Assembly: GCA_008369845.1 (NCBI GenBank)
Contig: MRSU01003158.1
Location: forward strand, 1 to 38,735
Length of the DNA: 38,735 nucleotides
Source: Trichomonas gallinae
Taxonomy: Eukaryota
Reading direction: 5' to 3'
Position numbers and translations under genes: made by a program. The stretch's first letter is position 1, and each line of letters opens with the position of its first letter. The notes beneath the pieces were generated by a model, which had not been told where the DNA came from, did no database searches, and worked only from the letters and a program-made list of their open reading frames with translations. This document shows positions 9,912-20,440 of this stretch, piece after piece.

Positions 9912-11120
9912 ATGATCTACCTAATAGTAGTATTAGTTGGGCTGTTAATGGAGAGAAATCCAAGATTTCAATTGCTAAATGATCCAAGATTTGCAGAAAA
10001 ACTTGAATACTTATCTGTTATAAATTTAGTTCCTATAGATATTGATTTTCTTCCAGATGATCAGCTCATAAAAGTCATTCACAGAAGAATTCCAAATAAT
10101 AACTCAGGAATTTATTTGAAATTTCAAGGAAAATTCAATTCAGGTGAAGTCTACCCGCAGCATCCAATGATTCTTCCCCCATATATAAGAGATTATAATA
10201 TAAGCTACGCGATTTTCGAAGATGTTTATGTCTCGCGTTCTCCGACAGTTATAACACCGGATTTTAGACTAGTTCTCACAGATATACACTGGCTGCCCCA
10301 CATAAAAGGTTATGCAGTAGGTGAAGTTGTCTATGCATTCGAGAAAGCCATTGCACCAGGCCATTCTTTCTGCGACAACTTTGGACATTTTCATATCGAC
10401 TTTTTTTCGATTTTGATTGACCAGCCTGAAGAAGTTTTGCATAACTATTATGTACTGAATGTTCCTAAAGGCAACTTTGTGCAACTTGCTCTCGATTTGA
10501 TAGAGATACCTAGAGAGCATCGAATTCCTCTGATGAAAGAATATCAACTAGCTTATTGCAAGCAACTAATTTATCCTTTTTATCCAATGGTTCACCAGAA
10601 CTACACAGGCGAACCTCTTTCTAAAATACACAGACTATACCACGAACACTTCGGCTTGGATAAGATAAACGCAACGAAAAACGCGATAATCAATAGAAAA
10701 GAAACAAGAATTTGGTTTAATGCCGCTGAGCTTCTTAAAGCCATACAAAAAGCTTATCCAAGACATAAATGGGAAGAGATTAGCGATGTCTATGATCTCA
10801 CTGAGTCTGCGAGAATTTATGCATCGATTAAGTTCTTGATGACGCCTTCGGGATCTAATTTGTTCCACTGCTTCTTGATGAAAAAGGATTCGATCATTTT
10901 GACAGTCGAAGGAAATGTTCACGACTGGTCTTCGATTGCAGCAATAATCCGCTGCCACATTCATCACATTATTTTCCAGTCTGAGAAGCTAAATCATGTA
11001 GAAGGATTTCCTGGTTTTAATGTTGACGTCAAAAGGTTTGTCCACGCTGTAGGATTTGGCGTGAAATATATAGAAACAGGGAAATTCCCTGACGAAGATT
11101 TGACATTTGACAACATATAG
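9912..11120 (+). CDS. Glycosyltransferase family 61 / DUF563-like protein, type II membrane anchor
   Basis: Likely ATG at 9912 (MIYLIVVLVGLL anchor). NFGHFHIDFF, IINRKETR and PSGSNLFHCFLM motifs match the GT61-type pattern. Confidence 0.7.
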   Translation: MIYLIVVLVGLLMERNPRFQLLNDPRFAEKLEYLSVINLVPIDIDFLPDDQLIKVIHRRIPNNNSGIYLKFQGKFNSGEVYPQHPMILPPYIRDYNISYAIFEDVYVSRSPTVITPDFRLVLTDIHWLPHIKGYAVGEVVYAFEKAIAPGHSFCDNFGHFHIDFFSILIDQPEEVLHNYYVLNVPKGNFVQLALDLIEIPREHRIPLMKEYQLAYCKQLIYPFYPMVHQNYTGEPLSKIHRLYHEHFGLDKINATKNAIINRKETRIWFNAAELLKAIQKAYPRHKWEEISDVYDLTESARIYASIKFLMTPSGSNLFHCFLMKKDSIILTVEGNVHDWSSIAAIIRCHIHHIIFQSEKLNHVEGFPGFNVDVKRFVHAVGFGVKYIETGKFPDEDLTFDNI

Positions 11121-11589
11121 ACTTGTTTTTTTATATATAACCATGTAAAATATACATCATATTAGAGCTTTACTAACACACCAAGCTATTTGTTTAGTTC
11201 AATCATATCTATTTTCTTCACTTTTCTTTATCATAATGATTTATCTCACATCAAATTTGTTAAATTGCAGCAATTTCAAAGGAGAATTTTTAAGCGTGAC
11301 TACTTATATTGTAATATTTAGCATCTAATTTATGATATGATTCCTGTTATTTAAATTTGAAACACTCAAGATTTTGTTTTGTTATTCAATTTTTAAATTT
11401 TTTGCTTTGTTTGTATGTTTTGAACGAATATAATTGTGATTTTGTGTATTTGTAATATATATATCCAATGTGATATGGTGAATAACAAAAAAAAAAATTA
11501 AAGTATTGAATGATTTTTGTCAAATAAAAATATTTACATGTCATAAAACAACAATTCAAAAGTTTATGTGTCAACAAAACAAAAAATAA

Positions 11590-12972
11590 TTAGTTTGGAT
11601 ATTTCTTTTCGAACTCATCAGGGAAACAATATTTGAAAACAGAAGATGCGTATGTTTTCGTGCTTGGATCTGAACTATCGCAAAGGTTTGAGAGCGGCTC
11701 AATGAGAGAATCAATAAATTCTTCAATTGTTGAGTTATCTTTTGCGTTTTGCTGAGTAAAGATCTTAAGCATCTCGTAAAGATGCACAATCAGAGAAATG
11801 CACTTGCTTCCTTCTGCGTCTAGTCCTGTTATAATGATTTCCGCTACATCAGGAACATTTTCTAAAATTTCGCTGACTTTTTCGGGTGTTGCAGCTTTGC
11901 ACAGGATCTTAACCAATAGTATTGCACATTCTAATAGTGTAGATGCACCAGATCTAAGCCCATAGTCAGATATTTGAGAAATTACTGGAATTTGAAATAA
12001 AATATCGGAATATTGTTCACTTGTCGTGAGAGATATGTTTAGACAGAATATAAAGTTATCTCCAACTGTGTTTGTTTCTGTTAATGTCTGTAAAAATTCA
12101 TTAATCAAATCTTCATCAATTGTTATGCATTGATTTGTTAAAAGAGTTTTTAACATTTGTGTTTGTGGGTCTTGAATAATGATTCTAAATACAGATTGAT
12201 AATCTCTACCCGCTAAAATTTGTTTTTTGAGAATATTTTCATAATTGCAAATCAAAAGAAGGATTTCATTACATGTCTTGTATTCTCCAGCTGTTTCTAA
12301 TATAGAAAATAGCATGTTAATATATTTTACATGATCATGTTCTAAAATTTCTGCAGAAATATGCTTAATCCCAGCTCCGATAGATCTTATATAAAAGCAG
12401 CATGCCATTCCAAAAACATTGTCTTCTGCTGCACGTTTAAGATCTAATAAAGGAAGTCTATCCATTAAATAAACGAAGATATCATAATTAAAATTTTCTC
12501 GCATGAAATCAGAATTCATGAATATTGAATACAGTGCTACTGTAGCTGGTTGGAAGAATGGTGATTCGAAATCCATCATTGGCAAGTAAAAATCGAAAAC
12601 TTTGCAAACATCAAAGAGAATTGGCGGCATTTTAGGGTTAATAGATACCAATATCGACATAATTTTAACTGTGCGTAGCTTTACCTCCAAATCATTGTCA
12701 TTTTTTTCATAATTTTGCAATAAAAATGAAAAATTTGTAATAAATTTGTTGCGTAAATCATTTGTAAGAAAATGCTCAATAGATTTCTGCAGATGTTTGT
12801 TATTATTCCTCAAAAACTCGTGTAATTCAATTGTAGCTTCTTTTGTATCTTGATTCTGTTCTATATTATTGACTAATGCACTAAATTTTATATCAAGCTG
12901 TGCAAGAAACTCTATCTCGGCATTATCTTGTGGTTTAGCTCCCCATTCACTTGATTTTCCTCCCCAATTCAT
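11590..12972 (-). CDS. Hypothetical protein, probable ARM/HEAT alpha-solenoid (460 aa)
   Basis: Intact ORF with an ATG start and amphipathic Leu/Ile-rich helical repeats; no catalytic motif recognised. Confidence 0.75.
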   Translation of the reverse strand: MNWGGKSSEWGAKPQDNAEIEFLAQLDIKFSALVNNIEQNQDTKEATIELHEFLRNNNKHLQKSIEHFLTNDLRNKFITNFSFLLQNYEKNDNDLEVKLRTVKIMSILVSINPKMPPILFDVCKVFDFYLPMMDFESPFFQPATVALYSIFMNSDFMRENFNYDIFVYLMDRLPLLDLKRAAEDNVFGMACCFYIRSIGAGIKHISAEILEHDHVKYINMLFSILETAGEYKTCNEILLLICNYENILKKQILAGRDYQSVFRIIIQDPQTQMLKTLLTNQCITIDEDLINEFLQTLTETNTVGDNFIFCLNISLTTSEQYSDILFQIPVISQISDYGLRSGASTLLECAILLVKILCKAATPEKVSEILENVPDVAEIIITGLDAEGSKCISLIVHLYEMLKIFTQQNAKDNSTIEEFIDSLIEPLSNLCDSSDPSTKTYASSVFKYCFPDEFEKKYPN

Positions 12973-13702
12973 AGAAATGATTCGAAGATTTTAAAATTGT
13001 TATGTAAATGATTATTTTGCCATGTAAATCATCAATTGACAAATAAAATCATAAATTTTGCCTTGTAAAATCTATTAATTCTCTATCATCATAATAAACT
13101 GAATTTCAAAAGACGGGTCTGAAACAAAAGGTCACATAAGGGTACCAAAAAATGGGCTATCAGTTAACACTTATCAATTATTGGTACTATCTGAATGAAA
13201 TCCATTCATAAAACTTAGTTTTCATGCAACTAATAATCGGAATAAATAATTTATACAGATTTATTGTACAAGATTTCCAAATAATTCATCGAAATGACAC
13301 AGAACGATGCAATAACAATACCATACATTAGTTTTGTCATGTAAATGATTTTTTGACAAATTCTGCTTTGTAAAATCTTTTACTTCTCTTACATCATGAT
13401 ATGGAAAGAAAGGTGTCGAAACTTAGATCTTATTTTCCATATGTCACTGTACTTACATATAGAGTTTGGGTAAAATTGCATGGTTATTTGGAGATTTCAT
13501 CACATTTATGGAAAGTGCATTCATTATTGTTCATATGATTAAAGTTTTGAGTATAAAATTGCTTTACACTTCCATTCAAGTGTATATTGCTTAGTTGAAA
13601 ATTAGAAACAATTAGTAAATTTCTTGACTAGTCATTTTGAGCTGGAATATAAAAGAGAAGGAGGAGTAATGAACAAAAACGCAAATTCACAAATAATCTT
13701 TA

Positions 13703-15136
13703 CTAAATAAATCCAGTCGCTACAGATTGAAGCGCTTGGCACCATACATTACAAACATTTTCCTTCTCAAAAGCTATGTCATACCTCTTTTGACCATCAC
13801 CTGGCTCTATGATTAAATGATAATTTAATCCTTTATGACTGATGTTTGGAGTGACTCTCGTGTTTTCTGGAAGAACGAGTACACCTTTGATAGACTTAGA
13901 ATTCTCGTCATCGCGCCAAAAAACGCATCTTGCTGAAGAATAAAATTCGAAATATCTTTTTTGCCAAGTGTTATGACCGATTCCTCCTCTTTTAACACCA
14001 TACGCATGTAGGTTCTTAGGTGTGATCAAAATCGCTGATTGTGTGCGAATTCGTCCGATTTTATGATCATTGTTTGGACTTCCGTCAATTTTGACTTTGC
14101 GGAGTCCCATTGATGTCAAGGCTTTAACAGCTTCGTACGGAGATGATTTGTTGATAATCGTAGACAAACCGTTCGCATCGTCTGTAATCGAGTTAAGTTT
14201 TGGTATTGCTCCGAATGATATTCTATGCTGTAAGGAAGGCTTTTCTTTTATTTCTACTGGTAAGTCATTAATTATTACTGAAATCGGAGATTGGCTTAAT
14301 CGAATAATTTGTGATTCTGTATAAAACTGACCGTTGAGTGGTGGATTTTGTAATTTAGAGTGGCTCGTAAGTAGATTTGTCATTTCTTTATCAGCTGAGC
14401 CAAGAATTGCGACGTTTGTTGGCAAATACGATAGCATTGGGGAATTTTTTTGACAAGATCGTTTTATGCATTGGTAAACAATACGGTTTGAGTTGTTAGA
14501 CAGAAATAGCTTCAAAAAAGCATTAGCGGAGAATTCAGGTTCTTTGTTAATTAAATCGCAAATGAAATCGATGTTTGATGACAAAAGCTCGGTGCCAATG
14601 TTTAATTCGATTAGAGTTAATACGTCGATAAGTTTCAATTTCAAAAATGAAGCATGAGATTTGGTCATTAATTTCTCAATGAAATCTGAGTAAAAGGAAA
14701 CGCTGTATACGTTCAATGATAAGTAGAAAGCAAGCTCCGAACTTCTGCAATGCCTGCAACATTCAATCAAAAAACAAAGAATTTCGTAAATTGTTTGCTC
14801 ATTGAGCTCATCTATGTATTCGACTGCAGATGTGAGTAGTATAGGTGTCGTAGAAGCATGATAAATTGAGCCATTTTCGTGACTAAAGAAAATCAAAATT
14901 AGTGGCTCTACGTATAGACTAAAGTTATTAAGTGTTTCTACTGGATTTAAGGCTAATTCACAATTCAGCAATCTAAGACCACGCTTGCACTGCGAATAAT
15001 TCGGTGATCTTATCAGTACTGTAAAATCCATTACTTTTTTGAAAACTGACATAAAAATTTTCGAAAACCATTCTGATGTGCGCACAAATATAAGCTGATT
15101 TAAAAGGAAATCAGAAATTCTATCGAAAAGTAGCAT
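13703..15136 (-). CDS. Protein with N-terminal HEAT/ARM-like region and C-terminal PH domain
   Basis: C-terminal YGVKRGGIGHNTWQKRYFEF...KGVLVL...CNVWCQAL fits the PH fold (beta1-beta2 KRG..W.KRYF, terminal helix W). The start could alternatively be ATG 15052 (MSVFKK). Confidence 0.8.
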   Translation of the reverse strand: MLLFDRISDFLLNQLIFVRTSEWFSKIFMSVFKKVMDFTVLIRSPNYSQCKRGLRLLNCELALNPVETLNNFSLYVEPLILIFFSHENGSIYHASTTPILLTSAVEYIDELNEQTIYEILCFLIECCRHCRSSELAFYLSLNVYSVSFYSDFIEKLMTKSHASFLKLKLIDVLTLIELNIGTELLSSNIDFICDLINKEPEFSANAFLKLFLSNNSNRIVYQCIKRSCQKNSPMLSYLPTNVAILGSADKEMTNLLTSHSKLQNPPLNGQFYTESQIIRLSQSPISVIINDLPVEIKEKPSLQHRISFGAIPKLNSITDDANGLSTIINKSSPYEAVKALTSMGLRKVKIDGSPNNDHKIGRIRTQSAILITPKNLHAYGVKRGGIGHNTWQKRYFEFYSSARCVFWRDDENSKSIKGVLVLPENTRVTPNISHKGLNYHLIIEPGDGQKRYDIAFEKENVCNVWCQALQSVATGFI

Positions 15137-15566
15137 TCAATTTTTTGAAGGTCTCTTGTAAAAAAATTGAATGCCACTTTTAGTAATGTTCTAAAAATAC
15201 CCCGATATATGTGCATATTCCAAATTTCATGTTTTTGGGTAAACGTTTTTTGATCAAAGTTTACACGCCAATTAAAAATTTTACATGGCAAATTTCGACG
15301 AATTGAAGAACATAAATTTTTCACTACCAAAATTTTTATTACTTTCTTGAAAATTTCATTTTTTTGAATTTTTTCCATTAAAAATATCATGAATAAATAA
15401 TGAAATGGCTGCATTTTTAAGCATTAAAAAGAATTTTATGATCAAAAATGGAATTTCTAAACTAAATGTTCAAATAAAATGAAATCTTAAAAAAGATTTC
15501 GTCTAAAACAATGAATGTTTGCTATAAAAAAAACCAAATATATATATTTATTAAATGATATAATAC

Positions 15567-17285
15567 TTAAAACGCCTGAAGGCCCTGTGGAATTGGGTAA
15601 ATCTTCTCCAGCTCCTTTTCGAGTCTTTCGATTTCCTGTTCGCCCAAAGTGAATTCCTTCTGTTCGACGCCGAGTATTCCTGGCTCCTGCAAGATCTGGA
15701 ACTTGTTATCCAGTCTGCGCATGTACTGGTCTCCATGCAACTTGTCTCTGACGATCTTCGCGGCCATCTTTGCCTTGACGTCGTTGATTTCTGCAATGAG
15801 AGACTTGTTTCTCTCACCGATTGCTTCGAGGCTGGCCTTGTGTCTCCTCATTGCCTCCTTCTTATCCTCTGGCAAGTCGCCGAGCTTGGACACAGCGTCA
15901 TCGAGCTTCTTGAGGTAAGCTTCGAGTAATTCGTTGAGAATATCTTGTGCTTTGGCGTCGGCAGCGTCGATCATGTCTGTGATAGCTTTTCCGCACTTCT
16001 TGATCGACTTGTTGATGGAATACTGGGCGCGGCGCTGGAGCTGCTCGTTGCTTGGTGCATCTTTGGCGCGGATGGCAGCTTCTGTAAGAACTTCGCGCTG
16101 AGTATTTAATGTTCTGTTCAAGTCATCAATTTGAGCCTGCTGGCGGTTCAATGTATCACGGACCTTACGGAAATCGGTTTCGCGGGCACGCTTTGACTTC
16201 AGGAAGATGTTATAATAATCCTGATCGATATCGCGAAGGATTCTGTTAGTTTCACCAACGAATCTGGCATTGAAGCCATCAAGATAGTTGCGGGTATTCT
16301 CGTAAATAGAGGATAGCGACATTCCTGTGTAGAAGTTAAGATTTTGCTGGTGAATTTGTTCGTTTCCGAAGATTTCTAAGTATTCTTCTTCTGTAAGTTT
16401 GTCGAAGTTAACACGGAGAATCAGAGGAACAGCTGCAGCTGGTGCTTTTTCTAATTTCTTGAAAACTGTAGGAATTAATGAATTCTGATCAACACCATTT
16501 TGTTCAGCCTTTGTAAGAATATGGTAAATGAGTTGTGTTGGAATATCTGTGAAGTTTTCCTGCTTGATATAATAATTAATGTAATCAATGATGTGATCGA
16601 CAGTTTCTGTGACATCCTCCTTGCGTCTTAACTGGCCTAAAAGAATTTCAATGGCATCTTGATCCGGAATCTCTTCCAAACGGTATTCTTCTATTTTTCT
16701 TTGGCAGTATTTAACAAGGAATGGAGCTCCCCATTCTGTTGCCAAGTCGAGAAGTTCATAAACTTCGTCGGCACTTGTGTGGCAAGCACGCTTTTGGCAA
16801 GCCAAAACGAGAGATAAGAATACTGAAGGTGTTGTTTGGTCTTCAACGGTGTATTGCTCTGGGTTGTTGGCGTAAATCTCTCTGAACTTGTCAGAAGCCT
16901 TTGCAAATAAAGGTGCATCGATTGGATAAACCATATCGTGATAACCCTTAGACCTGTGGATAAGAGTGTATGGCTGATGAACACAGTTGATTTGGATGAA
17001 CTCCGAGACGGATTTAACGAGTTCTGGCGTTTCCCAATCTTTTGCAATCTTCAAAAGAGGATATGCGTCGTCTTCTGTAACAGTAAACTTCTTTTGCTGG
17101 CATGCATCGACGTATATTTGGAAAATTTCTGGTTTGTAGTTCGATTCGAATTTGTAACTTTTCGGATTTGACATATATTCGCGCTTAAACTTCATTGAAG
17201 ACTGTGCGAAAAGTCCTGGGTCAACAATATACTTGCCCACCTCCTTTTCTTTATTCGTAAGCGTAATTGTATAAGTTTCAGACAT
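15567..17285 (-). CDS. Protein with two tandem BTB/POZ-like domains, a BACK-like helical segment and a C-terminal coiled coil
   Basis: The ORF track starts at non-ATG 17387; the first ATG is 17285 (MSETYTI). An internal duplication of about 90-100 aa (LFAQSSMKF...DACQ...LLKIAKDWETPELVK / LFAKASDKF...LACQ...LLDLATEWGAPFLVK) precedes a heptad-rich C-terminus. Confidence 0.8.
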   Translation of the reverse strand: MSETYTITLTNKEKEVGKYIVDPGLFAQSSMKFKREYMSNPKSYKFESNYKPEIFQIYVDACQQKKFTVTEDDAYPLLKIAKDWETPELVKSVSEFIQINCVHQPYTLIHRSKGYHDMVYPIDAPLFAKASDKFREIYANNPEQYTVEDQTTPSVFLSLVLACQKRACHTSADEVYELLDLATEWGAPFLVKYCQRKIEEYRLEEIPDQDAIEILLGQLRRKEDVTETVDHIIDYINYYIKQENFTDIPTQLIYHILTKAEQNGVDQNSLIPTVFKKLEKAPAAAVPLILRVNFDKLTEEEYLEIFGNEQIHQQNLNFYTGMSLSSIYENTRNYLDGFNARFVGETNRILRDIDQDYYNIFLKSKRARETDFRKVRDTLNRQQAQIDDLNRTLNTQREVLTEAAIRAKDAPSNEQLQRRAQYSINKSIKKCGKAITDMIDAADAKAQDILNELLEAYLKKLDDAVSKLGDLPEDKKEAMRRHKASLEAIGERNKSLIAEINDVKAKMAAKIVRDKLHGDQYMRRLDNKFQILQEPGILGVEQKEFTLGEQEIERLEKELEKIYPIPQGLQAF

Positions 17286-17475
17286 TATAATAATTTTTTT
17301 TTGCCGTTTAAAATGCGTTTTTTTGTAAACTAGTTTACATGGCAAAATTTCCTTACATGACAGTTTTTGATGGATATTAATATCCAAAGACTATCAAAAA
17401 GATAATCAATAATCAAACGCTTTATTACTGATTTAAATGACCAAACGGAAGATGTGACAAATAAGAACAATCAAA

Positions 17476-18278
17476 ATGTCGAAAAAAAGGGTGTTAGAAA
17501 GGTGAGAACTTATTTCGGGAGTCTTTTCCAAAAACTGTTTCATGGAGTTAGACCCAGTTGACAGTGCCCTGTCCATCCCAGACATGACAAAGAACGATAC
17601 ACTAATCGAAGTCCTCAACCAGGACCAGTTATCTGAGAGTTTGACGCACATTATTCTTAAAGTCGACGATTCACTCTACATTCTCGACCGAGTTCAGTCT
17701 AAATACGAACAAAACTCACAAAAAAACAGCCACAAAACCTGATGATTGTGGGCAAACACAACAAGTGTCTACACAAAACATTGACGAATTAAATAAGATT
17801 CCAATCACAGAAGAATTGCAAAAGAAAACGACAAAGATGCCATGCTATTTGCCATCAGAGGGAAATTTGTTTATGTAACAGAAAAAGATTGGCCAATAAG
17901 AAATGTCTTTACTAAAGCAACAAAGATAACAAGCAAGACTTGATTCGTCTTTTGATAGAATCTGGCATCGACATTAACTGTAGAGACAAATTCAACAGAA
18001 CAGTTTTGATTCAAACTTCTGAAAATGGCCATCATGAAGTTGTCAAACTCCTTTTCGCAGTTCCTGGAAAAGATGTCAACGCAAAAGATACAATCAACAA
18101 TACAGCTTTGATTCCTGCTTCATTAAATGGTCATCATAAAATTGTCAAACTCCTTCTCGCAGCTCCAGGAATAGATGTCAACGCAAAATGCAGAGCCAAC
18201 TCTACAGCTTTGTTTTGGGCTTCAAGAAATGATCATCATCAAATCGTAAAAATGTTGAAAGCTCATGGTGCAATTTAA
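17476..18278 (+). pseudogene. Disrupted ankyrin-repeat gene
   Basis: ATG 17476 is in frame with the 17542 ORF but has TGA at 17503. Further frame breaks lie near 17735, 17820 and 17915. The 3' part encodes clear ankyrin repeats (NGHHEVVKLL...DVNAKD..NNTALI.AS.NGHHKIVKLLL) with no in-frame ATG ahead of them. Confidence 0.75.
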
Positions 18279-18942
18279 ATAATATATGGATTTTAACTTT
18301 ATAAATGATTCTATTTTGATGAAATTTGTGACAAAAAGTAAACAGGTGAGTTTTAAATAATATTTTACAAAGCACTGGCTAAATCATGAATAACATCATT
18401 TTCTTGTGAATGCATGAATGAACAAAGCTGACTGAGGTTATAAACACATAATAACATAAGCAAAACCAGAAATAGTACTTTGTTAGACATACTGGAAACA
18501 ACAAAACCAATACTAGTATAAGTAATTAAATTGCTTGATTGTTTCAAAACAAAAATTTAAAAAATAGGACAAACTTAGTTATTATTTTATCAAAACAATA
18601 TATTTCTGGTGAAATCTGGAATTAGTGTTTTTAACTTCCTTGAATTCTTTCGGACGAATATTTAATCTGAATATCTACAATATGCATTGCATTCTATTCT
18701 GGCTGGGGAACACATAGTTAGCGATGAGCCCGTAAGTGACACCATTGTCGTCGTCGAAAGAAGGTGGCATATAAAAACCAATGAAAAACTTTTTAAAAAT
18801 CTCGACTGGTAGCAAAACTGACAGTCCAAGGATCACAACATCATTGTAACGATATATATGAATGCATTGTAGTTCGAAAATGTATGGATTTAATAAAAAA
18901 ACTGACAAAAAATTCAAAACAGTAATAAATAAATATAAAGAG

Positions 18943-19638
18943 CTATTGAGGATATGTTAGTGAGCGCTCAATGCACTGCTTCTTATAGTAGTTCCTCATC
19001 TCGTGTAGAGTGACAGGAGAAAGATTATTAACATCGAGGATGAGTGTTTCTTGCTCGAGATTGGCTTTAGGCTCATTTTTCTTAAGTATCTGTGATATTG
19101 CTTCAATGTCTTGTGGCTCATTGATCATTTGACTTGCCTTAATAATCTGTATAATTTCTTGGTGAGTCATTGGCTCAACAATCAATGAAGGATGCTTATT
19201 TAGCTTACTCGTAATTGGTCCGAGAGATGGTGGAGCCTGTGCAAGAAGCTTCTCGAACTCTTGACGCAAATTATAAATATGTTTAGTCCATCCAGATAAA
19301 CTGAAGTAGTCAAGGCGCCTTTTTAGCTTTTTGAAGTGTTTTGCCATATGCTCTGCCAGATTTCCGACATAAGATCCTTCACCGTTGTAAGAAACAGCGT
19401 TAGACCAAACTGTATTGATATCTTGCTCCCATTGTGTAACACTCTCATATTGAGATGCTTCGATTCTATGCATAATTGTTCCTAAATCTTGTGGATTTCG
19501 AATTTTTTTGAGATAATTTGGAGCACCTTGCTTCTTTGGATCAACAGGTTCGTTAAACATTTCAGCACCAGGGCACGCTTTGAGCGTAGCAGTAATTTCA
19601 ATGCATAGCTGCTGCTGCTCTGGACTTAACTTTGACAT
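18943..19638 (-). CDS. Bromodomain protein with C-terminal ET/NET-like domain
   Basis: FNEPVDP...PNYLKKIRNPQDLGTI...YES...DINTVWSNAVSYN bromodomain signature including the conserved YN. C-terminal LILDVNNLSPVTLHEMRNY resembles the ET domain. Confidence 0.92.
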   Translation of the reverse strand: MSKLSPEQQQLCIEITATLKACPGAEMFNEPVDPKKQGAPNYLKKIRNPQDLGTIMHRIEASQYESVTQWEQDINTVWSNAVSYNGEGSYVGNLAEHMAKHFKKLKRRLDYFSLSGWTKHIYNLRQEFEKLLAQAPPSLGPITSKLNKHPSLIVEPMTHQEIIQIIKASQMINEPQDIEAISQILKKNEPKANLEQETLILDVNNLSPVTLHEMRNYYKKQCIERSLTYPQ

Positions 19639-19680
19639 TTAGATAAGAAGTTTACAATTATCGTTTTCCCGCGCAATTAT

Positions 19681-19802
19681 TTTTGTCACGTAAAATAGAT
19701 CTTGCAAACGCAATTTGTCACGTAAAACTTAATGTCAAATTATATCTTGTCATGTAAAATGCTTTGTCAAAATATGTTTTATCATGTAAAATTGATGTCA
19801 AA
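19681..19802. repeat. Four degenerate 32-bp tandem units, each TT(G/A)TCAYGTAAAA-N-TG(T)CAAA, upstream of the bromodomain gene
   Basis: Core (G/A)TCAYGTAAAA starts at 19685, 19717, 19749 and 19781. The second half-site TGTCAAA is at 19733, 19765 and 19796 (TGCAAA at 19703). Confidence 0.8.
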
Positions 19803-20440
19803 AAATGTATCTTATGTGGAAGATTTACGAAATGGCATTGTTATGTGAATAAACGCAGTTTAATCTGCGATTATACTACATGATCGCTATTAGAATCGAG
19901 ATACAATGCGAAAAAGAGAATAAAAATGATGATGATTTGTTACCTTAAAATTTTAAGCTATATTATTTCAGTACAAGGGTGCTAATCAAAAGATATGATT
20001 GAATATTCTTAAACTTAATTCTATAACTGTTTTTCAAACATCTCGAAAATTCAAATCCGTTTTCGACTAATTTGTTAATTTTAATAAGCGGAATATATTG
20101 TATACGTTCAGTCCAAGCTGATTGAATTAATAAAATTAAACAAATTTTTGTGAAACAAGTATTTTCTACTCTTCAATGCTCATTTTATCAAAAATTAAAA
20201 ATTCAATAAAAAATCCCACTTATTTTGTAAACATCACAATTATTTTTTGTTTTTTATATAATATTGCCAATATTTATTTACTGTATTATTATAATTATTT
20301 TTATCATTTTCTATAAAAAATTCACAATTAAACGTCATTGAAAAAATATGTTGCAAAACTCATATATATAATTATTAGCTTTCTTGAAATTCTCTCAATT
20401 TTTTTCATTCTCTCAAAAGAATTCCACTTCATTTGCCGTG

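Noticed and set aside
11172..11185. ACTAACACACCAAG resembling the trichomonad intron branch/3' splice motif ACTAACACACAG
   Set aside because: Spacing to AG is off by two bases, no matching GTAYGT-type 5' site lies nearby, and it is downstream of a stop codon.
18721..18822. Possible box C/D snoRNA (CGATGA ... CTGA)
   Set aside because: Imperfect C box, no terminal stem and no recognisable rRNA-complementary guide.
19681..19802. CRISPR-like array (conserved boxes with variable spacers)
   Set aside because: Boxes are only about 11-14 bp and degenerate, the unit is 32 bp in total, there are no cas genes, and the context is eukaryotic.
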